Part shown: piece after piece, positions 28,893 through 37,475 of the stretch
How positions within the stretch are numbered: the stretch's first letter is position 1
How the letters are laid out: each line of letters begins with the position of its first letter
Source of the DNA: Thermoanaerobaculia bacterium
GTDB lineage: Bacteria; Acidobacteriota; Thermoanaerobaculia; Multivoradales; Multivoraceae
NCBI GenBank assembly: GCA_963664405.1
Contig: OY761158.1
Span: 4,896,001 to 4,960,000 of the forward strand
Direction: 5' to 3'
Length of the DNA stretch: 64,000 bases
Position numbers and translations under genes: made by a program
The notes under the pieces: generated by a model
Databases searched by the model: none
Told to the model about the DNA's origin: nothing
What the model saw: only the letters and a program-made list of their open reading frames with translations

Positions 28893-29970
28893 GCTCAGCG
28901 TTTTCTCGCTGTCGTTCCTCGACGCCATTACCTGCGGCTTCGGGGCGGTGATCCTCTTCTTCATGATCATCAACGGCTCGGTCGGCGTGCGCGCCGGGCG
29001 TCTCACCTACGACCTGCGAGCCGAGGTCGACCGGCTCGAGAAGGAGGTGCTCGAGGGGCACGAGAATCTCGTCGACGTACGCAACTCCAAGCGGCGGCAG
29101 GATCGCGAGCTGGTCCAAACCCAGGGACTCTCGCGCCGAGTCCTCTACGACCTGACCCGAGTCGAGCAGGAGCTCGCTGCCTCCGACAAAGACACTCTGG
29201 CGACGCGGGAGCACTTCAACCGGCTCAAGAGCGACATTCAGGCGGCCGAAGAGGCGAATCGGCGGCTTTCGGCCCTCTCTCCATCCGATTCGGTGCCCGG
29301 CGACCGAGTGCGAGCTTTTCTGGGTGAAGGGGATCGCCAGTACCTCACCGGGTTGAATCTGGGTGGCAATCGCATCCTCATCTTGGTCGACGCCTCCGCC
29401 AGCATGCTGGGTGAGAGGTTGGTCAACGTCTTGCGGCGGCGCAATCTCGATCCACGCGTTCGGCGCCAGGCTCGCAAATGGCAACAGGCGGTGGCTACGG
29501 TCGAGTGGCTGCTGACGCAGCTGCCCGAAGGTAGCGAGTTTCAGGTCTACTCGTTCAATACCGCGGCCGGGCCGGTGTTGGCTTCTAGTGGCGGCGGCTG
29601 GCTGCGGGCCGACGATCGATCCAGCCTCGACGGCTTGGTTACCGAGCTCAAGAGGTTGGTCCCCGACGGTGGTACGAGTCTTCACGCCGCCTTCTCGGCG
29701 GTAGCGCAAATGAAGCCGCGCCCCGACAATCTCATTCTGCTCACCGACGGCTTGCCGACCCAGGGCGAGAAAGTGGCGAAGGGAGGGACGGTCAGCGGCC
29801 GGCAGCGAATGAGGTTCTTCAACCGAGCTGTCGACGAGCTACCCAGGTCGATGCCGGTGAACACCATTCTCTTCCCGATGGAGGGCGATCCGCTGGCCTC
29901 GAGCGCCTATTGGCAGCTGGCGGCGGCGACACGAGGGTCCTATCTGACGCCGACGAGGGACTGGCCTTGA
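28879..29970 (+). CDS. TM + coiled-coil + vWA domain protein A (gene 8)
   Basis: FSLSFLDAITCGFGAVILFF TM; MIDAS DASAS, GGTS and LLTDG. Confidence 0.9.
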   Translation: MARRRLSVFSLSFLDAITCGFGAVILFFMIINGSVGVRAGRLTYDLRAEVDRLEKEVLEGHENLVDVRNSKRRQDRELVQTQGLSRRVLYDLTRVEQELAASDKDTLATREHFNRLKSDIQAAEEANRRLSALSPSDSVPGDRVRAFLGEGDRQYLTGLNLGGNRILILVDASASMLGERLVNVLRRRNLDPRVRRQARKWQQAVATVEWLLTQLPEGSEFQVYSFNTAAGPVLASSGGGWLRADDRSSLDGLVTELKRLVPDGGTSLHAAFSAVAQMKPRPDNLILLTDGLPTQGEKVAKGGTVSGRQRMRFFNRAVDELPRSMPVNTILFPMEGDPLASSAYWQLAAATRGSYLTPTRDWP

Positions 29971-30974
29971 AGAAGCGCCGCCGCGAAGCCGACCCGTTCT
30001 CGCTGTCGTTTCTCGACGCCATCTGCTGCGGCTTCGGTGCGATCATCATGCTCCTCGTGCTGACCAAGATCGGCGAGCCGGCGGCGATCGAGCAGGCGAG
30101 TGAAGATCTTCACGGGCTGGTGGCGCGTCTTGAAGAGGAGCTATTCGAGATCCGTGGTGAGACCCGCATCCTCAATCGGGATCTGGTGAGCAAAGAAGAG
30201 CAGATCTCCAAGGAGCGCGAGCGCATCGCCCGTCTCGAAGGCGACCTCAGCGAGATCCGCGGCGAGTTCGCGGCCAGCCGGGAGCTCAGCGAAGTCAGTG
30301 ACATCGTCGAAGGAGCGCTGGTGGCGGCGCAACAGGAGCTCAGCGAGGAGATGGAGCGTCTGCTCGGCCGCGATTTCCGCAGAGCCGAGACCGATACGAC
30401 GATCGGGGGCATTCCGGTCGACAGCGAGTACATCATCTTCATTGTCGATACCTCCGGCAGCATGCGTACCTTTGCGTGGCCGGCGATGATGGCCCGGATG
30501 GAAGAGATTCTCGAGGTCTATCCCGCGGTCAAGGGGATCCAGCTGATGAACGACATGGGCCAGTACCTGTTCACTTCCTACGCGGGGAAGTGGATTCCCG
30601 ACACGCCTGGGCGCAGGCGCATCCTTCTTCGGGAGCTGCGCAACTGGGCCGTGTTCTCGAACTCCAGCCCGGTCGAGGGCATCCAGCGGGCGATTCGCAC
30701 CTACGCCAACGGCCGCGACAAGATCTCGCTCTACGTGCTGGGAGACGAGTTCAGCGGCGGGTCCATCGACTCGGTCGTACGCGCGGTCGATCGCCTCAAT
30801 CGGGTGGACGCACGGGGTGAGCGCTTGGTTCGTATCCACGCTATCGGCTTTCCTGTCATGTTCGGGAATGTCGGAGTCAGCGCCAATACCGGGGTCCGCT
30901 TCGCCACCCTGATGCGGGTTCTATGCGAACGAAACGGCGGCTCGTTCGTCGGTTCGCGTAGCTTGATCCCGTGA
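29967..30974 (+). CDS. TM + coiled-coil + vWA domain protein B (gene 9)
   Basis: TTGA overlap; FSLSFLDAICCGFGAIIMLL TM; MIDAS DTSGS and VLGDE. Confidence 0.9.
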   Translation: MKKRRREADPFSLSFLDAICCGFGAIIMLLVLTKIGEPAAIEQASEDLHGLVARLEEELFEIRGETRILNRDLVSKEEQISKERERIARLEGDLSEIRGEFAASRELSEVSDIVEGALVAAQQELSEEMERLLGRDFRRAETDTTIGGIPVDSEYIIFIVDTSGSMRTFAWPAMMARMEEILEVYPAVKGIQLMNDMGQYLFTSYAGKWIPDTPGRRRILLRELRNWAVFSNSSPVEGIQRAIRTYANGRDKISLYVLGDEFSGGSIDSVVRAVDRLNRVDARGERLVRIHAIGFPVMFGNVGVSANTGVRFATLMRVLCERNGGSFVGSRSLIP

Positions 30975-31137
30975 CCAGATGGATGGCATCGAAACACCGC
31001 CTACGATCCGCGTGGCCACGCGGTAGCGAGAGTATCTCCGCCCCCCTCTCGCCGTGATACTTTCTGGCGCCGGTTCTCTTGCTGCACAGCTCAGAGTGGG
31101 ACGTGAGCGGGTAGGGCTGGGGTCGAGCTCAGCGCCG

Positions 31138-31179
31138 GATACGCAGGCCTTCAAGAGCTGTGACGCTTCGGCGCCGTAA
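31138..31179 (+). pseudogene. Scrap of the lineage-typical C-terminal domain tail
   Basis: DTQAFKSCDASAP*, versus DTAAFKTCS* (37005) and DTSAFATCP* (20097). Confidence 0.5.
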
Positions 31180-31203
31180 CGGGTGAGCCGGCCACTGGCG
31201 GCG

Positions 31204-32044
31204 ATGCGACACCTCTATGTTTCGGGACCTGGACGGCACGCTTCTCGGCAGCGACTGCACGCTCTCCAGTCGTTCGCGACGCTTGCTCAACCAGACCCTC
31301 GACCAAGGTGCGCTGATCACGGTCGCGAGTGCACGGAGCATCCATTCGCTGAAGCCTCTGCTGCCCGGGCTGCGCCTGAGGCTCCCGGTCATCGAGTTCA
31401 ATGGCGCCTTCATCAGCGATTTCGAGACAGGTCGCCATGAAGTCGTGCATGGGCTCGAGCCGAGCGTCGCTGAGAAGGCGTTCGAGTTTCTGGCAGCCGA
31501 GACGGTCGTGCCAATGGTGAGTAGCTACGACGGAGAAAGGGACTCGGTCTACTATGGCGACCCTCCCAACGACGGAACGAGCACCTATCTGAACGGTCGC
31601 TTCGAGGCTGGGGATCCTCGGATGCAGCCGGCAGGCGACCCCGGACGACATCTCGACGAACAAGTCGTTTGTCTCACGGTGATTGACCATCGCGAGCGCC
31701 TGGAGAGCTTGGTCCCGAGAATCAGGGAGCGCTTCCGAGGCCAGGTTCAGATGCACTGTTTCCCGGATCTCTATCAACCGCCGTGGTGGTGGCTCACCCT
31801 CCACTCGCCGCGGGCGACCAAGGCGGCTGCGATCTCCGACCTGTTGAAGAGATGCAGCCTCGAGGCCGCCGCGCTGGTGGCGTTCGGCGATCAGAGCAAC
31901 GACCTCAGCATGTTCGAGATCGCCGGGCTCAGCGTGGCGGTCGAGAACGCGATCGACGAGGTGAAGGCTCGGGCGCACCACGTCATCGGGTCCAACGACG
32001 ACGACAGCGTTGCCCGCTACATCGCGGAGCACGTGCGGATCTAG
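31204..32044 (+). CDS. Cof-type HAD-IIB hydrolase with a +1 frameshift at ~31225 (pseudogene or sequence error)
   Basis: ATG CGA CAC CTC TAT GTT TCG (G) GAC CTG GAC GGC ACG gives MRHLYVS-DLDGTL; ASAR, FNGA and FGDQSNDLSMF follow. Confidence 0.85.
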
Positions 32045-32206
32045 ACCAGCGTTTCCAAAGTTCGCGCAGATATCTCGGGCCCTTCTGCCCGCTGGCGTCG
32101 TTTCGCCTCCTCGACATATTGCCCAATATGCCTGCGTCAGCGCGCCTAGCCAGCAAACAGAATGACCTCGAGCTATGCAGCACGAACTTTGGAAACGCTG
32201 GTCTAG
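32041..32206. mobile_element. MITE-like element, copy 2 (166 bp)
   Basis: Same 24-bp terminal inverted repeats and internal palindrome as 20094-20272; the left CTAG contains the HAD gene's TAG stop. Confidence 0.85.
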
Positions 32207-32215
32207 GGCTGCGAC

Positions 32216-33382
32216 TCAGATCCCCAGATCTTTGAGGTTGTAGTTCAGGATCACCGAGTCCTGGGTCTCTGGAGTCCAACGGTATTGGTCCTCGAGACTC
32301 GCGAAGGGCTTGTAGACGTAGCGATCTTCTTCGGGGAAATGCTTGGCACGGGCGTCGATGGCCACCGCGATGACGCTCGAGCGCTCGAAGACGCGTTTCT
32401 CGTCGTGGAGCACACCCTCTCCCGATCCGAGCACGCCTCGGGCGCCGATCACGGAGCTGCGGCGATGGAAACCGAAGGTCAGAGAGACGCGAAGGTCCTG
32501 CGAGGTGTTGGCGAAGGAGCCGTGTAGGGTCTGACGGTTCGCGATGGTTACGTCACCGGCCTCGCAGAAGAGGGGCACCGCGCCCGGAAGCATCTCCGAT
32601 CCGCCATTGGCTTCTACACGGGCTTTGATGTCGGTCTTGCCGAGCTTGTGAGTGCCAGGCATTGCCCAGAGACAGCTGGCCGGGGTGCTCGGGTAGAGCT
32701 GCACTTGGAAATTGAAGCCGTGGATCCCTTCGTCCCACTTCGGTGAGCTCCAGTGCGTAAGCCCGTCCTGATGCCAGGCCACGGAACCGCCCAGGCCCGG
32801 TTGCTTGATGAAGATGGCGTCGTTGAAGGGCACGAAGTCGGGCCCGTTGATGCTCTCGGCCACGGCCAGAAGCTGGGGATGGCCGTAGAGACGCAGGCCG
32901 GAATCCATCGCCTGGCACATGCCGAACATCATGTAGATGATCTCGTCCGGCGCATCGTCAGACGGTACCGGCTCGGCCATCTTGGAGGGATGACGGCCGC
33001 CGTTGAGCGTGGTGCCACCGACAGGATCACTGAGAGGCCGAATCCAGAGGTAAGTGTCACGCTCGAAATCCGTGCCGAACGCGGGTCGGCCCTGCGTATC
33101 CACCTCGGCCCCCTCGTGTACCGGCGCCCGCTCGAGCATGGTGTCGATGTCGGCGCGCAGCTCGACGAGCTCATCAGCCTCGATTACGCTCGTGAATACA
33201 TAAAAGCCGTGCTGCCAGTAGGAGTCGAGGATGTCTTGGTGGAGAGTGCCGTCGTCGTTCAAGCGGAGGGGCCCGCGGTTGCCGAGTGCCAGTGCCCTGC
33301 GCTTGCCCTCGCGCATGTATTCCGCCATCGCCTCGGCGTGCTCGGCCGCCGTCAACTCTTTGTTCTGGAGTGGTTCAGCCAT
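32216..33382 (-). CDS. Phytanoyl-CoA dioxygenase (PhyH) family Fe(II)/2OG enzyme
   Basis: IFIKQPG...WHQD, PGTHK, AGDV and LHGS..N....R. Confidence 0.88.
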   Translation of the reverse strand: MAEPLQNKELTAAEHAEAMAEYMREGKRRALALGNRGPLRLNDDGTLHQDILDSYWQHGFYVFTSVIEADELVELRADIDTMLERAPVHEGAEVDTQGRPAFGTDFERDTYLWIRPLSDPVGGTTLNGGRHPSKMAEPVPSDDAPDEIIYMMFGMCQAMDSGLRLYGHPQLLAVAESINGPDFVPFNDAIFIKQPGLGGSVAWHQDGLTHWSSPKWDEGIHGFNFQVQLYPSTPASCLWAMPGTHKLGKTDIKARVEANGGSEMLPGAVPLFCEAGDVTIANRQTLHGSFANTSQDLRVSLTFGFHRRSSVIGARGVLGSGEGVLHDEKRVFERSSVIAVAIDARAKHFPEEDRYVYKPFASLEDQYRWTPETQDSVILNYNLKDLGI

Positions 33383-33456
33383 AGTTTTCTCCCGCAAGGT
33401 GGGTGCTTCGAGGTTAACCGAGACCCCCGAGTCGATTCAAGCTCGTTGCCTACACC

Positions 33457-33846
33457 TTACGCGAGTTTCAAGAGGTCGGCCGGTGTGACGATTCGCACCG
33501 GACAGCGCGGAAAGTGCCGACGATTACCGGTGACCAACGCATCCCCGAGTCCCTCGATCGCGACCTCGAGGAAGGGCTGGTCGCTGGGGTCGGAGCAGCG
33601 AAGATCGAGAGGAGCAGCGACGATCCGTTCACCCGTCTCGCAGAGAAATCCCAGAAAGATGCGAATGCTGGCGGCATCGAAGCCGAATTTCGGTCTGGCC
33701 AGAACGGCCTCGTACTCGGCCAACATCCGATCGTCGTACAGGGCACGGAACGACTCTCTCAGCAGCGAATCGACGATTCGCCCCGGTGGCCCCTCCGAAC
33801 GGAGGAGACCCGACACGAGTGCGTTGGTGTCCAAGACCAGCCTCAC
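33457..33846 (-). CDS. PIN-domain toxin
   Basis: RLVLDTNALVSGLL, EY..VL.RPKF, DPSDQPFLEVA and LVTGN..HF. Confidence 0.9.
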   Translation of the reverse strand: MRLVLDTNALVSGLLRSEGPPGRIVDSLLRESFRALYDDRMLAEYEAVLARPKFGFDAASIRIFLGFLCETGERIVAAPLDLRCSDPSDQPFLEVAIEGLGDALVTGNRRHFPRCPVRIVTPADLLKLA

Positions 33847-34124
33847 GCGGGCTGGCCTGCGCGCGTCGCTCGGATCTCCTCGTCGATCTCTGCTTCGGAG
33901 AGCGCTGCGGCTCCGGACTGTCGCGCCTCCTGCCGCAGCAGCGAGACGGCCGCCGCCGAACGTGCCTGGCGGAGGGTGGAGATCTTGGCTTCGAAGTCAT
34001 CGTCCACGCTCAGAAGAATGCCCACCGGCTTTCCGTTCGAAGTGATTACGCCGGTTTCTTCCTCGAGCTCTTCGATCACCTGGGTGGTCTGATTGCGCAG
34101 CTCACGCATCGTGATGAACTTCAT
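33843..34124 (-). CDS. Phd/YefM-type antitoxin
   Basis: MKFITMRELRN...VITSNGKPVGIL; GTGA overlap with the PIN gene. Confidence 0.88.
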   Translation of the reverse strand: MKFITMRELRNQTTQVIEELEEETGVITSNGKPVGILLSVDDDFEAKISTLRQARSAAAVSLLRQEARQSGAAALSEAEIDEEIRATRAGQPA

Positions 34125-34155
34125 CGCCCTATTGTAGCGCAATTGTCGCGTAAGG

Positions 34156-35046
34156 CTACCGCGTCATGCTCGCGTAGGCGCGGTCGAGGAGGCGGGTAGG
34201 ATCGCCTTTCGCGTCGTCCCAGTCGGCGGTGGGCTCGGCGGCGACTACTTCGAGCAGGCTGGCTCCTTTGGCGATCAGCTTGGCGAGCCGGTCACGGATG
34301 GTCGTAAGCATCGCTACGTACTCTTCCATGTCTTTGTAGGTGGCCACCGGCCCGTGCCCGGGGACGACTACGGTGTCTTCGTCGATCTCCTTCAATACGG
34401 CGGTGCAGAACTCGATGATCCCGTCGAGCGAGCCGCCATTGTCGGCGTCGATGAAGGGGTAGCCGGAGTTGTTGTAGACGTCGCCCATATGAACCGCGTT
34501 GTGTCCGCGAAAGACGGTCGCGGTGTCGCCGGTGGTGTGGGCCGGGCCGTAGTGCAAGAGGTCGATCCGTTCGCCATTGAAGTGCAGCTGCATCCGCTCT
34601 TCGAAGGTCGCGATCGGCAGAGCCGGGGGCGGGTAGGCGGGCTGATCGACCGGGGGCCTGAGCACCGTGTTGATGGTGTTGTCCTTGGTCATCATGTCGC
34701 GCGAGTTGGCCTGCGAGATGATCCAGCTTCCTTCGGGCCCGAGAACCTTGTTGCCGTCGGCGTGGTCGTAGTGCCAGTGGCTGTTGACCACGAAGTCGAT
34801 GGCACCGCCGCCAAGCTCTCGGATGGTCGCCCGGTACTTGATCGCCAACTCAGGGAACTGATCATCGACGATCAGCACCCCTTGGTCGCCGATCGAAGCC
34901 AGGATGTTTCCGCCCCTGCCGAAGAGCACGTAGAGATCCTCGCCCACTTTCTCGGTGGTGATCTCCGGAAGCTCAGGCGGCTGGGCGAGACAGGGTAGAA
35001 CGCTGAGGACGGCGAGGACTGCGGTGATGAGTCTTGCGGCTGACAT
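34156..35046 (-). CDS. Secreted MBL-fold hydrolase (cyclase-like)
   Basis: Signal peptide; NSHWHYDHADGN, AHTTGD, HMGD and VPGHG. Confidence 0.88.
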   Translation of the reverse strand: MSAARLITAVLAVLSVLPCLAQPPELPEITTEKVGEDLYVLFGRGGNILASIGDQGVLIVDDQFPELAIKYRATIRELGGGAIDFVVNSHWHYDHADGNKVLGPEGSWIISQANSRDMMTKDNTINTVLRPPVDQPAYPPPALPIATFEERMQLHFNGERIDLLHYGPAHTTGDTATVFRGHNAVHMGDVYNNSGYPFIDADNGGSLDGIIEFCTAVLKEIDEDTVVVPGHGPVATYKDMEEYVAMLTTIRDRLAKLIAKGASLLEVVAAEPTADWDDAKGDPTRLLDRAYASMTR

Positions 35047-35105
35047 CTCTTCTACCTCCTGAGGGTGCCGTTGGCTCCCTGAAACACGCGACTCTTCTTG
35101 GGTCG

Positions 35106-35127
35106 GTGGAGGAGTCTACTCCTCCAC
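35106..35127. repeat. Perfect intergenic palindrome
   Basis: GTGGAGGAGT-ct-ACTCCTCCAC in the divergent intergenic region; function unknown. Confidence 0.6.
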
Positions 35128-35341
35128 GGGCGCGCGGCGCCCTGCTGGCGCTCTGAGTGTGGCAATATCACTCGCCGGGGAGGAGGACGTTCTCGCGAGC
35201 GAGGGCGAATCTCCTCGCGATAAGGCTGCCTCGCGAGAGCTCGAGCCGAGTGGGCTACCAGAATCGTCGAGCCTTCTCAGAAGTCGGAGTGACGATCCTG
35301 ACCGACTAGAGAATTCAAGTTGGAAGAATGATGGGGGGCGA

Positions 35342-36091
35342 ATGAAGATCTTGGTCATCGGCGATGTACACGGCAACGCCGAGGCTCTGCGAGCCGTGTT
35401 GGAGAAGGAGCGCGACGCCGACACCACCGTATTTCTGGGCGACACAGTCATGTCCGGTCCTCAGCCCAACGAGACGATGGCCCTGCTCGAGGGGATCTCT
35501 GGAACTCTGATCCTGGGTAACCACGATGTCGAGATGATCGAGCCAGGCCACTTCGAAGCCTGGCCGCCTCAGTGGATGGCTTTTGCCCAGTGGGTCCTCG
35601 ATACCCTGGAGCCCTCCGGGTACGAGCTCCTCCACCGACTGCAGCCGGAGGGCGAGTACGAAGAGGGCGGTCTGCGTATGTTTCTGCACCACGGCGTGCT
35701 TCCGGACAAGCCGAGGCAAGGACTGCCCGATCCACCCGACGATCGGCTGAGTGCGCTCGCCAAGGGGACCGACTGCCCGGTGGTGCTCTTCGGTCATTCT
35801 CACATCCAGTTCCGACGAACGATCGGCGGGCGGGAGTTCATCAACCCCGGCAGTGTGGGGCAGCCTCGGTGCGGCAAGAGGGTGGCCTGCTACGGCCTCT
35901 TCGAAGACGGTGTGTTCCGCCACCGCCAGGCCGACTACGACCCTCGGCCCTGGCTCGAGGCGGTGGATCGGATCGCTCCACTCGATGAGTTTCCGGACTT
36001 TCGAGAGTTGCTTAAGCAAGGGCTTCTGCGCGGCTATGGCATCGGCGAGAACGAGCCTTGGACTCGCTACGCGAGGGAAGGCTATTTTTAG
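35342..36091 (+). CDS. Metallophosphoesterase (YfcE-like)
   Basis: GDVHGN, LGD, GNHD, HHG, GHSH and NPGSVGQPR. Confidence 0.9.
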   Translation: MKILVIGDVHGNAEALRAVLEKERDADTTVFLGDTVMSGPQPNETMALLEGISGTLILGNHDVEMIEPGHFEAWPPQWMAFAQWVLDTLEPSGYELLHRLQPEGEYEEGGLRMFLHHGVLPDKPRQGLPDPPDDRLSALAKGTDCPVVLFGHSHIQFRRTIGGREFINPGSVGQPRCGKRVACYGLFEDGVFRHRQADYDPRPWLEAVDRIAPLDEFPDFRELLKQGLLRGYGIGENEPWTRYAREGYF

Positions 36092-36105
36092 GGGGAAGCT
36101 CAAGG

Positions 36106-37005
36106 ATGAATCGACTTCTATTCTTCGGTCTGCTGACGGTGCTCGCCACGGCGCCGGCAACTGCACAGAATCTCCTCCTCAATCCCGGCTTCGACACCGA
36201 CTTGTCGGATTGGGCCTCTGGTTCTCAAGGAGTCAGCTCCTGGGATCCTGCAGACGCTTCCGACTCGGACCAATCAGGCTCGGCCCGCCTCGAGACCTCC
36301 GCCGAGCCCGGCGTTACCGTCATGGACATTCACCAGTGCGTGAACGTGGGCTTCGACGACGACTTCGTCTTCGGCGCGCAGATCTTCAAGCCTCTCGACG
36401 AGGCTGTCACCGTCTTCGGCTCGGCTTCTTGGTATGCGAGCGCGGACTGTATCGATTTCCTGTCCAGTGAAACGGCCCTTTCGCTCTTCGCTTCGACGCC
36501 CGGAGACGGCAAGTGGCAGGGGGAGTTGGAGACCGTCTCTCGGCCCGAAGGTGCGATGAGCGTCCTCTTCCGCATGACATCCCGCAAGGAGACCGACACT
36601 CCGGTCGTCGCCTTCTTCGATGACCTCGTCTTCATGCCTGGAGTCGCCGATGCCTCGTGCATCAAGAATGCCAACACTCTCTGCCTGAATGAGGGACGTT
36701 TCGAGGTGACGGTCGACTGGCGGTCGGCCGGCGATCAGGGGATCGGCACCGCAATCGAGCTCACCGAGGACACCGGCTATTTCTGGTTCTTCAACTCTGC
36801 GAACGTAGAGCTGGTGGTAAAGGTGCTCGATGCCTGCGAAACGGGCTTCAATGCGTTTTGGGTCTTTGCCGCAGGTTTGACCGACGTCGAAGTCGATCTC
36901 GTCGTGAGAGACACGGAGGAGGACGTGACCAAGGTCTATCTCAACGATCAGGGCAATCCCTTCGAGCCGGTCCAAGACACAGCTGCCTTCAAGACCTGCT
37001 CTTGA
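36106..37005 (+). CDS. Secreted protein: CBM-like N-domain + lineage-typical C-terminal domain
   Basis: Signal peptide and NLLLNPGFD...W; then LCLNEGRFEVTVDW...DTGYFWFFNSANVELVVKVLDAC...FWVFAAGLTDVEV...PVQDTAAFKTCS. Confidence 0.85.
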   Translation: MNRLLFFGLLTVLATAPATAQNLLLNPGFDTDLSDWASGSQGVSSWDPADASDSDQSGSARLETSAEPGVTVMDIHQCVNVGFDDDFVFGAQIFKPLDEAVTVFGSASWYASADCIDFLSSETALSLFASTPGDGKWQGELETVSRPEGAMSVLFRMTSRKETDTPVVAFFDDLVFMPGVADASCIKNANTLCLNEGRFEVTVDWRSAGDQGIGTAIELTEDTGYFWFFNSANVELVVKVLDACETGFNAFWVFAAGLTDVEVDLVVRDTEEDVTKVYLNDQGNPFEPVQDTAAFKTCS

Positions 37006-37029
37006 GCTTCAGGCCTCGTCGTCTCGGCC

Positions 37030-37368
37030 TCAGCAGAAGGAGGCGATCGCCGACTCTTGGTCGTCGAAGATGTCGAAGAGCCCGCTCATCTGGGTGATGC
37101 TCAACACTTCTCTGACTCGGGAGGAGATCTTCATCAGCTTCATTGCGGCGTTACTCCGGTGCGCCCAAGTGTAGACCGAGATCAGCTCGCCGAGCCCGGC
37201 CGAGTCGACCATCGGGACCTCGCCCATATCGAGGAGGATCTTGGTCTCGCCCGCTTCTATCGCCCCGAGAATGGCTTTGCGCGCCTGCGCGTCGCCTTGC
37301 CCGATGGTCATCCGTCCGGACATCTCCACGATCAGCACTTCACCTTCTTTTCGCTGCTTGATGTTCAT
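37030..37368 (-). CDS. STAS-domain anti-sigma factor antagonist
   Basis: ILLDMGEVPMVDSAGLGELI with the phosphorylatable Ser. Confidence 0.9.
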   Translation of the reverse strand: MNIKQRKEGEVLIVEMSGRMTIGQGDAQARKAILGAIEAGETKILLDMGEVPMVDSAGLGELISVYTWAHRSNAAMKLMKISSRVREVLSITQMSGLFDIFDDQESAIASFC

Positions 37369-37475
37369 CGCTTGCCTCCCTTTTTCTCTTGCCTACTTCT
37401 TACTTAGGCAGAGGGGCGGCGAGGTTACCGACAGTGTTACGGTGAGAGCGAGCACCTCGCGACGCCGAAACGGCC

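Noticed and set aside
26694-30974. Zorya, Tol-Pal, Ton or flagellar stator locus
   Set aside because: No OmpA-domain ZorB/MotB, long ZorA tail, helicase/nuclease, TolA/TonB or flagellar genes are in the operon.
31060-31200. tRNA-Sec-like or structured ncRNA (CTTCAA loop, CGC-TTCG-GCG arm, GCCA end)
   Set aside because: No acceptor stem or T-loop, and the anticodon stem does not pair; better explained as the coding scrap DTQAFKSC.
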